Positions 25,413 to 37,838 of a stretch of DNA of 60,307 nt are shown in pieces. The stretch is taken from contig JARDVH010000140.1 of the NCBI GenBank assembly GCA_030324005.1, positions 34,765,178 through 34,825,484 of the forward strand. Reading direction: 5' to 3'. Under the pieces are notes generated by a model that did not search any database, was not told the DNA's origin, and was given only the letters and a program-made list of their open reading frames with translations. A program made the position numbers and the translations under genes. This stretch comes from Negaprion brevirostris. Its lineage: Eukaryota. Each line of letters opens with the position of its first letter. Position 1 is the first letter of the stretch.

Positions 25413-28400
25413 GCTTCTCTGNNNNNNNNNNNNNNNNNNNNNNNNNNNNNNNNNNNNNNNNNNNNNNNNNNNNNAAATTGAAAGTCCAAGGATACAGAAT
25501 GGATACTGGGGTGGGCCTCTCTGTCTGATTGGATAGATTGGGCTGGCTTCAGAATTGGTTTACGGGAGGTCCAAATCCAACCATGTGACTTGAAGCACAG
25601 ATACCAGAGTGAAAGGTCAGCTCACCACAACCCTTGGACATGAAGAAGAAGAAAGTAATGAAAGTTTCTATATTTGACAGAATCAACCAATTTCTCAGCT
25701 CAGCAAGGTTAGCAAGTTTAAGACTTGGTCTGATACAGATGCTGGATGAGGTGTCAGTGCAGGATAGCAGAGTCATACTAAAGCAGGAATTTCCAAAGTT
25801 GGCTGGAGGACAAATAGACTTCCATTCAACAGGGAATACATGAAGTTCACTCATTACACAGGAAGTTTTGTTTTATTGTAGAAATGCCATGCACTGGACC
25901 CCAGTGGATATTGCAGATTTCTCATTTCATTTTGCAGACGGGCTAGAAAGTGAGGAAATGGAAGGCACCGAAAAGGACGATGACCATTGATGGTTAAGGA
26001 ACTTCTAGACCTTGGTTGGCTTTTTCCTGACAGTTGTTGGGAGAAGGCCACTGCAGACAGATATTATCCATTGGAAGATGAGGTCCTAAATCTCATAACC
26101 CTCTTTGACTCCACAGCCGATCCAGATGAAGGGTGAGATTCTCCGGTCTCACAGCCTTGTGTTTCCTGGGAGTTGGTGTGTTGTTCGCTAGTGGCGGAAT
26201 TCCTTGGTCCTGCCATTGTCAATAGGAATTCCCATTGATCTTACCTCATGCCAGCGGGACACCCGGAAGCAGGGCGTGTGCTGTCGGCAGGACTGGAGAG
26301 TTCTGGCTAAAGTCTCTTTTTCTGAGGAGTCAGTTAATGAAGCTGCTGAAGAGTTGGATTGATTGGTTCAGCAAGGGGAGTAAGCATGGTATTAGTAAAA
26401 CATCACCAACACTCAACAATGACATTGAAACATGAACAACTGGCCATTTTGTGCTGGGGATTCCACACAACCTGAAAGCAATGAAGTGACTCAGTTTTGG
26501 ATCCTGCTGTTCAGCATAGACTGGGGATGGGGTTCTAGAAATGGTGCTTTAAAGTTCAACTCAGCCAGCCAGGCTGGGTAACCACACCCGAAAGGACCTC
26601 CACAGTAGGGAGCAAATCAAAACTGAAAAGAACAAATCCTTTTTTGTTGTGAACTGGAATGTTGATAGCCTAATCAATCAGCATTACACGGAAGTACATT
26701 GTAAGGGAACTGTCCAGGTACAATGTTGGTATTGACACTGGCAATTAAATAATCCCATTAGATGAGAGAGCATAGTACTCATTTGATCATCTTCAGGATG
26801 AACTGGTTAGCGATCCTTTGGTTTCAGTTTTGTTATTGCGCCTTTGTTGGTTAACTTCACACTTTAATCCTAAAATCTTTAATACGTCATCTGCAATATG
26901 TAGGCTTTCAACAGGCACATCTTCAGTACTCATCTTTAATAAGCACATTTTGATCGGGTCCATTGTCAATGACAGTCCTCCGATCATTTTATAAGGTTGT
27001 TTTGCAGACAACAGCACCTGTTTTTGTTAAGCTATCCTATTGGGATTGAGGAAGAGAAAGAGAAACATTATCAGAAGGAAGTGTGTCAGCTTGATGTAAT
27101 GATATATCATATTAGATTGCTGTTTACCTTTTGTATTGAACTATAATGCCAAACTTGGAACTCTGATATTTTCCTTCCATTATTCCTTTTACTGCAAACA
27201 AAGAACATCACTCAAATATCAAAGATTGCCATTGAAAATATGCGTATGAAAAAATGTCCTTACTGAAGATATGTACGCTAAAGATGCACATATCGAATAT
27301 ATGCTTCTTAAAGAAGCCAGGATTAAAGATCCATCAATTTCAGTTAAGTTTCCTTTTCCAATTCATCTCCAAGTCATTCCCATGCCTTCCAACATGTAAC
27401 TTCCACAGCCACTCACCCAGTACCATTATCTACACACCTCAAGAACTGTGCAATAGCAATGGGAATTATACTAAATACTAGAAAAAATGGAACCTCTAGT
27501 AGTCTGATAAAATCTTAGTTGAAATACTCTCATTAATACTGGAAGAAAAAGAAATTCCAGGACAAAATGTGTAATCTTTCAGGTGTCTCTCAGTCTGTAA
27601 GCAAACAAGAAACTGAATCAAAGGCATACTCTCTCATTACAGCTTTTTAAATGTTTTGATCATTCTTGGATTGATAGATCACTTGCTAAGCTAATGCCAC
27701 TGATAGAGTTTGAAGCCCAGTCAAACATTCATTTTGGCCACAGCTGTCATAAAAAGCTTCCAGCTACATTGCCTGAAATTGACAGAACAGACTGGTGGCT
27801 TGTTTCCATTTCAAAGCAAAGTCCCCGTAAATTAAAGGAGCGATGTAGATGCAAAAGTTGTATTTACTTTCTGAAGAAGGGTTTTTTTTAACAGAGAGAG
27901 CCATCAATTGATTTATACCAAACTATGGAATTCTCTACCACAATGTGCTGTGGAAGCCAAGTCACTGAATGAATTTAAGAAGTAAACAGTTTTACTCCTA
28001 GACTCTAAAGGTGTCAAGCAGGAGGGGAGAAAGTGGGAATATGGCATTGAGATACAGGATCAGCTATGATCACATTGAATGGAGGAGCAGGCTCGAAAGA
28101 CCCAATGGTCTATTCTTCCTTTGTTTCTAAGTTTATATGATGGCAGAGGGTGACAAGACTTTTGTTTTGCATCAATGGCATTTGCTTCAATAGAAAGATA
28201 CTGTAATTCATGATAACACTTGCACAGTGGTGGTCAAACGTCAACTTACTTTTGCAGGACTGATCCTTATGATGAATCACCGCATGAAAAACACATCTAT
28301 ATTACTGTACAACATTGAATAGTGACATTTGAAGATTTCAAAACATTTTACACTTGGTGGTCATGAACCCTTCAAGGAGGGGCATTTGTTCAGACTTCCA

Positions 28401-29663
28401 AACCCACAACATCACACAAAAATTGTGTCCAGAAGGGAATGTGTAGTCCTCACAATGGGATCCCCAACCTTGGAAGAGACGCACGTGGAGTTTGCACCGA
28501 GCTTTTCCTGACCCGGGCAAAGGGTTAGGGTTAGGGGTCGGGAAGGCAAAGGTAAATTCTTTCTTGAGTAAAATACAGCTTCATCTGGATCGCACCTTCA
28601 TTGGACGATGTAACTTCTGCCCTGAAAGTGTGAATATTAAAGATTTGCAGATTGATGACGTTTGCTTTTGAAGATGTGAACATTTGGTTATGTGGAGCGA
28701 ACATTTGCTTTTGAAGATTTGCTTATGAAAGGTGTGAACATGGCAGATGTTTGTATTTCGATGTACAGACCAGAGATGTGGAGATGGAGAGTTGGCTGGT
28801 GTAGATGTGAGTATTTAGGTGTGCAGATTGAAAACATTAGCACTAAATTAAATGAAAATTCCAGCCATTTTACACTGAATGATACAATTCTCATAAAGAC
28901 TCCTTTCATGCCACAATCATTGCCTCTTTAGGCTATTTTAAAATGATGTTATCACCATTAGTGCATACAAATCTAATTCCCAACCTAAGCATCAGAGAGA
29001 GACAGAGAGAGACATCAGAGTGAGAGGCAGAGAAAAGGAACGGGTTTTGTTGGGAAACAGCCCCGGTTTTAGCCTGTCAACTCTCAGTACTCGATTGAAG
29101 CTACTTCAGTGCCTGCATTTGCACATCAAAAACCTGAAGGATAATGCCTGCAGGCAGCCAGATAATAATGAGCTTGCCGGAAAAAAAAGAGGAAATAAAA
29201 CAGAACGACATTAATCTTTTTAATCAAAGTCTTCATGATAGTTTCCTTTTTAACTTTGCCAGTCCAAATGTTAGCAACATAACGTCAGTGACAAGGGTTT
29301 AGTCCCTGTAATTTCTGTTCTCTGGTTATCAGCTTCTTAGTTTTCTCCACTGTACCCTTCCTCCTTTTCCCCTGAAAGAGGCGATTCTTTCTGGGAGATG
29401 GTCCTATGAGTATTGACAGCCCTCCAGTACCTCACTCAAGTACTGCTGTTTGTGTGGGAGTTTTAGTGAAAGCTGAGCCAGATCCTGTGCTGCAGTGATG
29501 CTCACACAGACCTGAAGCTTTGCTGGTAGCTGATTGACTCACGTCTTGCCATATTGTGTTATCACACAGTAATATTAAAGATGAGGCCATTCAGTCCCCT
29601 TGCTCATGCTCTACCATTCATTTAATTAATGGCTGCATCTCATATTCCAAATTTCCCTAGATT

Positions 29664-29955
29664 GGTGGCATGGCGGCACGGTGGTTAGCACTGCTGCCTC
29701 GCAGCGCCAGGGACCCAGATTCAATTCTGGCCTCGGGTCACTGTCTGTGTGGAGTCTGCATGTTCGCCCCTGTTTCTGCGTGGGTTTCTTCCAGATACTC
29801 CAGTTTCTTTCAATGGTCCAAAGGACGTGCTGGTTAGGTGCATTGGCCATACTAAATTTCCCTCTGTGTACCCAGACAGAGTGTGGTGACTAGGGGATTG
29901 TCACAGTAACTTCATTGCAGTAAGCCTACTTGCGACATTAATAAATAAACTTTAA
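29664..29955 (+). mobile_element. HE1-related SINE with an alternative 3' tail (same variant at 53840-54132)
   Basis: Same head and core, but tail gagtgtggtgactagggga...cacagtaacttcattgca...aataaataaacttt. Confidence 0.8.
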
Positions 29956-30019
29956 ATTGTTTGACATCGTTATTTAACAAAAATCTATATGGGGGGTCGG
30001 GGGGGGGGGTGTGGTTTAT

Positions 30020-30978
30020 GGAGTAATTCTCCCAGCCCGGAGACTTAAACAGAGGCAGTTTAGTGGGTTTGCCCCTGGGTGCCCTGGCATCTGTGAGTCT
30101 CCCAGCGCCATCAGCTCCGTGCCAGAAATTGGTGCGGAGCTGAACAAATTATGCAAATGATCATTTACATTTCATTCGTGGGCCCAGGACTGAAGTCTCC
30201 GGGCCCCCTAGCCTCTCCCCCCCAGCAAGAGTGGTTCACTCCAGCAGGGTTTACAACAGCTCCCCACGAGCGGGGAACTGGTGGCCTGACTCCTCTGGAG
30301 TGAAAGGGGGGCCATGGAGGTCCCCCCCAGGAGATTGGGGATNNNNNNNNNNNNNNNNNNNNNNNNNNNNNNNNNNNNNNNNNNNNNNNNNNNNNNNNNN
30401 NNNNNNNNNNNNNNNNNNNNNNNNNNNNNNNNNNNNNNNNNNNNNNNNNNNNNNNNNNNNNNNNNNNNNNNNNNNNNNNNNNNNNNNNNNNNNNNCTATC
30501 ATTTCATAGTGATCAGGGCTAGCCACTGGGGTGTGGAGAGGTGGATCGGGAGATCAGGACTGCCAAGAGGGGTGGTGTGACCGAGACTGTAGTGGGGGTG
30601 TGGAGGAAGGTCAGGACTGCAGGTCGGGGGGGGTGTGAGGCCAGCAATTGGGGCATTGTGGGGGTCACACAGCTAGTGATGTGGGGTCAAGGAGCTGGCC
30701 AGCGATCAGGAGGCTGGCAATACAGCTACAGTGCATGTGCCAATCTCAGCGCTGATAGATCTACACATGCACGATGGTGCACTCAGTGCAATGCTGCTGG
30801 CTTCCCTTGTGGGAATAGGCCCCATCCACTGATGTTCAGTGTGATTTATGTTAGTGCACTCTGAAATGCTCAGAGTGTGGGAGATTCATTTTGAAAATCT
30901 CTGAATAAGACAGTGGGATTTCCTCCAGTTTTTACGTGAGTTTGGCACTTAGAATGTTTTTTTGGCAGAATTGCCACA
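30020..30978. mobile_element. Probable non-autonomous DNA transposon (Harbinger-like)
   Basis: Imperfect terminal inverted repeats gtaattctccca ... tggcagaattgcc around a GC-rich non-coding interior. A related end begins at 58537. Confidence 0.45.
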
Positions 30979-31424
30979 ATGACTATGTGATATCTTGGGT
31001 CTGAATGTTGTGTACACCTTGCGTGCACAATGAAGGGGGGGGGGTGATGCCAAAGGCAGATGTGATTTCTGCTTTGGGCTGGAATTGAATCCCAAGTGTG
31101 ATTCCACAAGGGTCAGGCAGTGTGAAATGCGACTGGACATTGGCACTGCCCTGTTGGCAGATGGAGGGGAATGACAATCACTGGGACTTGCTGGGGGTGG
31201 GGGACGGGTGTTCAATGCAACAAAGGTATCTTCCTGAAGGCAGCCAGGAGTTGCTGAGAAACATCAGGGAGCTGCCCAGAAGAGATTGTAAAAATTTGAC
31301 AGCAGTTATGGCTGCAGTACCCGTTGTGTTACACCAGGCAGGAAGGCAATGTTGGTGGGCACTCTGCCCCCTGCCTTTCGAACAAGTGCCAGCACACTCT
31401 AGCAGAGGTGGTGCATGCCAGCCC

Positions 31425-31570
31425 TCATGCTGCAGGATGGTAAGAGGAAGCCAGATAAAGAAGATCTGGTCAGAGGTGGCAGCCCAGAAAAGCAGGCAGG
31501 TTGTTGTGTGTCACACCTGGACACAGTGCTGCTAGGGTTCAATGATCTTCTTTGCTCAAAGCTGGGAGTA
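31425..31570 (+). mobile_element. Myb/SANT-like domain remnant, probably Harbinger ORF2
   Basis: KKIWSEVAAQ...VCHTWTQCC*/FNDLL fits W..IA..V......RT..QC.K.FNDL, with a stop and frameshift. Confidence 0.55.
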
Positions 31571-34149
31571 CTGAGTTGGCATGGTGCTGAAGGGTGGCCT
31601 TTCTGTGTGGCACTCAGAGCTGTAAGATTCAGAGTTATAAAAGATACATTTACCTGTGCCAGCCAAGGCTGGGAGATCTGCTGTAGGTGAGGTGTGCAGA
31701 TCTGACAGGCACCTTGACCTGAGCATTAGGGTAGAAGGGGGTGTGGAGGTACTGGAGGTGGGGAGTGCCAGGCTGGTATGGTGATGCAGGTAGGGGGTGG
31801 GCACATGTCCATTCAGAAGAGAAGCTATTTTGTTGTGGAACACACACAAACTGGGTTGAGCAGGCCAACTGGCAAATTTGAGATCGATGCCCTTGAGTTA
31901 GAGTGTGGGTGTGGAGCAAAGGTCCTCAGGTTGTGGAGAGGTAGCTGCCTTGGAGGAAGGTTAGGGTTCATGGACAGATACAAGACTGATGGAGAGTGAA
32001 AACAGTGTGGGATTGTCTCATTTCAAATGAGAAGCTTTAAACAAGAGTCCCCAGTGATTCCCCAACCATGATGCTCCATGTCTTTGATAATGTGATGATT
32101 GGTATTACTGACATATTGGGGTTATTTTCCCATCCTGCCAACTGCAGGAATTGTCAGGGATGGGAAGGACAACTTGATGGGACATTTAAAGGATTGCTGA
32201 CCCAGCCAGGAATGTTTGATCTCGGGGCAAGCACGACTGGATCATGCCACACATTGTCTTCCTCCCTCAGATATGCCATCCTACAGAGCTGCCAGGAGGC
32301 TGCCAGGACTCTCCCTTCACACCTGAGGAAGAGACACAGACAGAGCCATCTACACCGCACCCTGTCCCGCTAACAGGTATCAATGCAGATCTGTGTAAGC
32401 TGGTGGACATTAGTTTGTCGATTCTCAGATGGTAGTACACATTAGGAAGGGCAAGTCACCCAAGAAGCTGGCAGAGGCTGTAAGTACCCAGGGAGCTGGC
32501 AGTCTGGGGGGCACTGCTGGATATCAGGACCATGCTGAGTCCGAGGCAGGCAATGAGTCAGTATTGAAAGTCATAGGCAAGGGTGAAGGTGGCTGGATGG
32601 CAGAATTAGATAGACTAAAGTCATAGGGCAGGTGAAGAAGCAGCCTTTGTAGGGTGGGAAGAAGGGGAAGTGACCTGGGGAGGGAGGGGCATGCAGGTGG
32701 GAGGGCAAGTGACCTCATGTGGAGGGGGGAGGGAGGGGATGCACTGGGGTTGGGGGTGGGTGGGGAAGCAACCTTGGTGGGGGGGAGGCAGATGGTGTGA
32801 AGTAACTTTGGAGAGGTGGGTTAGAGGAGCTCTGGTCGGTGGATGGGGGGAGCGGGCGGTTGCATGGGAGGGAAAGCACCCATTGTGGTTGGATGGTTGT
32901 ACTTGCACATTGATGCTGAATCCATTTAGATGGATATCTGATGATCTGAAAGTGTGTATGTGGATGTCAGGTTAGAGGTGATCAGTATGATATTGCTTAC
33001 AGTTAAATGGTGTTACTTACTGTCGCAGCAGACATTGTCGTTGGTGTTCATTGAGTATACCCCAGCACAAAATCGGAGGTAACCTTTTCTCCGATTAATA
33101 TTCCCTATGAGTGCGACTGGCCTCCTGGGAGTACAAGACTGGAATGCCATGGACTGCAATCCTCTTCTAACTAGTAAGGCTGTGACATTTTGAAAATGAT
33201 TGGTGCTTGGTTTTCTAAATGAACTTCAGTATTTGTTCAGCCCATACTTGTCCAATCCTACTTTGCCTAATCTTTTCCAGAGATATATTCCAGCCTCAAG
33301 TCCTGACATTCTCCCTATGCTCTATCCAGCCTCAACTTGCTGAGTGATAGAAACTTCTCTCATCGTCTCCTGTTCCTGCATTGTGAACCCACCTCCTGAA
33401 ACTCTGGAATCTAGCAGCTGTGCCCTCCTCTTCCAAAGCTCCCACCCTGCTTTCACTTTGCTGGTACGCTAAATTACCACCCTCACATTTCTGACAACTT
33501 TTCCATAGTGCCCGATCATCCTCTTGATCCAACTGAGCAGGAAACAGACACAACAGGAGTCAATTTTCAGGATCAATGTCCTGCCCCACCAGAATGCCTG
33601 AAGGATTTCTGACCCATCAGCAGCTTGGTCATTGTTCAGGAATCCAGGGCGGTTGCCTTAAGCAAACCATGATCCCTTTGCTAATAAAGGTCCTTGCACT
33701 ATTTTGGTTCCCCTCACTCAGGAGGACAAGGCCTGATTGTCACAGAAATCAGGTTATAATCGAGTGGATGTGGCTGAGAAGGTGGCTTTATTTGAAAGTT
33801 TGATGTGGAAATGGGAGAAATACTTCTTCTGGAACCACCATATTCTGGAGGAACACCATAGGCCTCCAATCAGTACCTCACTCCCACCCAACAGCCCATT
33901 GGCCTTGTGACCCAACACAAAACTGCCCCTAGTTTGAACTAATTGAACTAAAACAGCAATTTCCCAAGCATGGGCACTGGATGGCTGGTACAGGGATGTC
34001 AGATTGGCATTGGATATTGAAGCTGAGGTACAAGGAGCTTCACTCTGGATCTAATTCTGTGCTGGACCTCATCTGGACACTGCTTGATAACCAAAGTGTG
34101 AAATATTTTATTCCTGAACCCTTTTGTCACAATGAGCACCAAATTCGCA

Positions 34150-34350
34150 CACAGGCCAGGATTCTCCACCTCGCCTGTTGCCGGAATTCTCCCACCCCAT
34201 CCGCGGTCAGGATTCTCCCACCTCACTCGCAGCCGGGATTCTCCCACCTTGCCCACGGCCAGGATTCTCCCACCCTGCCGAAGAGTGGGATTCTCCCACC
34301 CTGCCCGTGGCCAGGATTCTCCCACCCTGCCCGCAGCCAAGATTCTCTGT
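34150..34350. repeat. ~28 bp tandem repeat, about 7-8 units (ccaggattctcccaccctgcccgc-like)
   Basis: Visible tandem units; last unit runs into MITE-like ttccgctgcagtgaacgg. Confidence 0.85.
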
Positions 34351-36883
34351 TTCCGCTGCAGTGAACGGGGATTTCACTAAACAATCTTTAGTTTTTAATA
34401 TAAAGAAAAATCTCTCAGTGTGAAAATGGGAAAGCTCTTTAAGTAGGATCTGAACATCTTCAGAGTGATGGATTTTCCTGTCTAAATATTTATTCACAGT
34501 GTCACCTTTTTTGCATCTTCTCTGGGCTGAAGTGAATCCATTTGGTTTGAGAGCTGCCACTCAGTGTGGGTCAGGGAGTGTGGTGCAGAAATAAAAGTGG
34601 ACACAGTTTATAAAAAAGAAACCCAAAAATATATATTTGCATTTAAACTATCATGAACATATACAAAAACGATATTCTATTGTTTGTCTTACCATAAATT
34701 AATACATCTACAATCATCGAGGAGACAATGTGAACTACAGACTGTACAAACTAATTGTACAGCCTTTTGCACAGGGTTCAGCTAAGACACACAAAGATCC
34801 TGGAAATGGAAATAAAAGACACACTTGTCCCAAAAGCTACTGTCACCAAACCACATCCACCCTCATCCATCACTTCAACTTCTTTCCAGTTTCCCTTTGT
34901 CTTCACTGAATGATCAGACTCAAGCTGCTTAAGTGCTGGGGGGTACTGATGAACACTAGATAAGATCCCAATTGCAGTGCAACGGAACACAAGGAGCGGA
35001 CAGTGGCAGGGGGCGACGAGGCATTTTTTAAGGTAACCTCAAATTCCCTTATCAAGTTTTGGCTGAAGTGCTCGTCAGGAACAAATCCAAGAAAATGAGG
35101 TAGGAACATTGTTTGAGTTCCAATATTTGACCCACTGTTGACTAAGGTCATGAATTCAGTTTAATAACTCTTGTTGTTTAAAAAGTGGAGATCAACAAAT
35201 GGCTATTTAAAAAAAACAAGCTGAGAGCCAATTTTTCCAAGCATTGTACCCCAATATGACAATGCAGCACCCCCTCCATACTGCACTGCAGTGTTAGCCT
35301 GCATTGTGTTAAGGTCCTGGAGTGGGATCTGACGCCACAAACAAGCATGATACCAAGACAGCCAGTCTAAAACTTGGCACCTGGCAAAGCATGGATCATA
35401 TGGTTCCAATTACCTGCCCCGCAAAGCAGTACACTAAGACATCCCACACACACAAACCGTTCAGACAATCTTCCTCCTACTCAATGTTTGAAAGTGTCAT
35501 GTGTTTCCCTAAGGTATCCAGACTGTCAGCTTAGCATGGAGTCTGGCTATAAGCAACATCTTCAAGGTAGAATCCCTGTGAAAATATTGTACTTGGTGTA
35601 GAACTCTCCTTTCGCGACTGAGCAGCTGAAAATGAATAATAAACACTCTACTTTGGAATGGAGGGAGAACTTTAGTGGCAACCTCTCAAATCAATGTTAA
35701 AAATTAAATGTTGCTGGTAAACTTCATTCTCAACCTACTGTCATGGCTTTCTCATAACTCGCACTCCAGTCTCACCCAGGAGAGGCTGTTACTGACAAAA
35801 TTCCACCAGGATTTCAGTCTGGCAGAGTCATGTTGGTGAGGAATATTAAAAGAATGTGGAATTCAATGTTCTTAAGACATTTTCTCCTGAAGGTGCTGTC
35901 CTCCTTGGGTTCAGACTCACTGGTACTGGCTGCCTTTCTGGTACATTGTTCAAATTACTGCTCTTCACGTGTGAGTCTAAACAATGAAGGGCCATGAGGT
36001 TATTCAACCAAGGGAGCATCACCCCAGAGCCCCAATTTATTCTCCCAGATGTAGGCATGCACACATATTCCAGATCTCACACCAGTCAGCAAGCAGGAGT
36101 GGAAATGCTGTTTGATTTATTGCCCCTGAGCCATGGGGTGCTGAGGGCAATTTAGTGTTCTAATCCCCCCATAGCCCCAGCACATACTGATCTACTCATT
36201 AATTCATTCAATATTCAGTGAGAAAATGTGAAGAAGCATATATCTATTGCTAATTATAGCCCTGTATGTTCTGAGCTCTGGGTGCTTTATTTGGGAATAC
36301 CACTTTGGAAGATCATTCCAAAAAGAACAGCAAATCCCCTGTGGCATTGCTCGTGGTACATCAGGATTTCACACTGGTTAATGCACAAGGCATGATTCTG
36401 TTGCTGCCAAGGGTGGACTGGATGCAATCTAGCTCATCTTGTTAAAGCAGTGGTCTAATCGTTCCATTATTATCTGGTCAATTATAGGTTGTATATGTTT
36501 CAGGACAACCTGAGGCTTTTTATTAATTGCAGGGTGTTTTCTTTTACTGGACAACTCCCTCCGCACATTGCAAATGACTGCATTTTGTAATATAGTGTAG
36601 CAGTATAACATTTCCCCAGCTTTCATATACAAGTGAATTTCCAGCTTTGTAACTGGGATCTTATCAACAAAGTGTGATGAGGAAGATGTGACTGGGAAAG
36701 TGTTACAGGAGTTAAGTACAATGCATGCACACTACAGAGAGATTGCTGGTAAATACATGACCAACAATGAAACTTTACTCCCAAAGCCAGTGCACAGGTT
36801 CCCAATCTCTTTTAGTTTCCTTATTTTTTATAACTTTCACTGCGTTGGTGCATCTGCTGTGCTGACAAGACTTGGCAAAAAGA

Positions 36884-37023
36884 CTGACAACACCAGGTTT
36901 TAGTCCAACCGATTTATTTGATAGTAAACTCACAAGCTTGGACTCACAAATCGGTTGGACTAAAACCTGGTGTTGTCAGACTTTTTACTGTGTTTACCCC
37001 AGTCCAACGCCGGCACATCCACA
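36884..37023 (+). mobile_element. Penelope-derived terminal hairpin repeat (related copy at 56807-56902)
   Basis: Perfect 32-bp inverted repeat, 36884-36915 vs 36948-36979, followed by actgtgtttaccccagtccaacgccggca. Confidence 0.8.
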
Positions 37024-37199
37024 GCAGAATTTTTACACCAGAGTAGTGGGTGCCTTGAACTCATTGCTGGGGTGGGGGGGTGTAGTGGAAGCGGATACAG
37101 TAATGAGTTTTAAGGGGCATCTTGGCAAGTACATCAATAGGATGGGAACAGAGGGATATGGTCCCCGGAAGGATAGGGGGTTTTAGTTAAGTTGGATTT

Positions 37200-37704
37200 C
37201 AATACACTGACCTGGCTCCACACCAAGAGAGAGGCTGCTGAATAATCCGGAATGAATTTGCTGGTATGAATTTCGGGATTCCGAAGTGAGCTGGACACAG
37301 GGAAGAGTTTCCTTCCCTTCACCTCACTTTGGCAATAACAGATTGTTACCTTAATGCAGTAACGCACCTCAGTACGCGTCATCTGAACATAATCCGAGAA
37401 GAGGAGCAGCCAACATTGAATATTGGTGTGAGTTCGGGCACAGACAGGACGGTTTTGGGTGAGTTCATGTTAAAGGAGAATGAAAGATGGGAGGGTGACC
37501 TGGACAGTATTTGGTGCAGTTTAGCTTAGAGCTGACATATTTATGGAGGAGGGTTTCAGCAGCTGGTGGGTATTACAATGAAGGTGGAAGTAAGAGGTTT
37601 TGGAGCCAGAAATGGTTGTGGTAGCTCACTTCGGAATCCCATGGCAAATTCATACTGATTATTCAGCAGCCTCTCTCTTGGTGTGGAACCAGGTCAGCAT
37701 ATTG
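37200..37704. repeat. Inverted repeat, arms 37200-37292 and 37623-37704
   Basis: ctgacctggctccacaccaagagagaggctgctgaataatc...gggattccgaagtgagct pairs with agctcacttcggaatccc...gattattcagcagcctctctcttggtgtggaaccaggtcag. Confidence 0.9.
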
Positions 37705-37759
37705 TCTAGAGTTTTGAGATCCACTTGTCTTTTAATTATACCTTTAACTTGTTGCTCAG

Positions 37760-37838
37760 AGCTGTGGAGAGCTTCATAAGAGACAAATATGAAAAGAAGA
37801 AGTATTTGGATAGAAGTATTGACATCGCTGCATTCAGG
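37760..37838 (+). CDS. smap2: Internal coding exon of a SMAP2-like ArfGAP gene (end of ArfGAP domain)
   Basis: Acceptor ttaacttgttgctcag|, donor |gtgagt, 79 nt. Encodes [26 protein letters not shown], versus recalled human SMAP2 [26 protein letters not shown] (SMAP1 diverges after KKKY). No other SMAP exon recognised in the window. Confidence 0.85.

Noticed and set aside
28522..28536. TTAGGG telomeric-like repeats (also ~10057-10072)
   Set aside because: Only about two units; compatible with chance.
34150..34350. ggattctcccacc repeats with variable intervening bases as CRISPR-like
   Set aside because: Intervening segments are homologous to each other; this is a degenerate tandem repeat.
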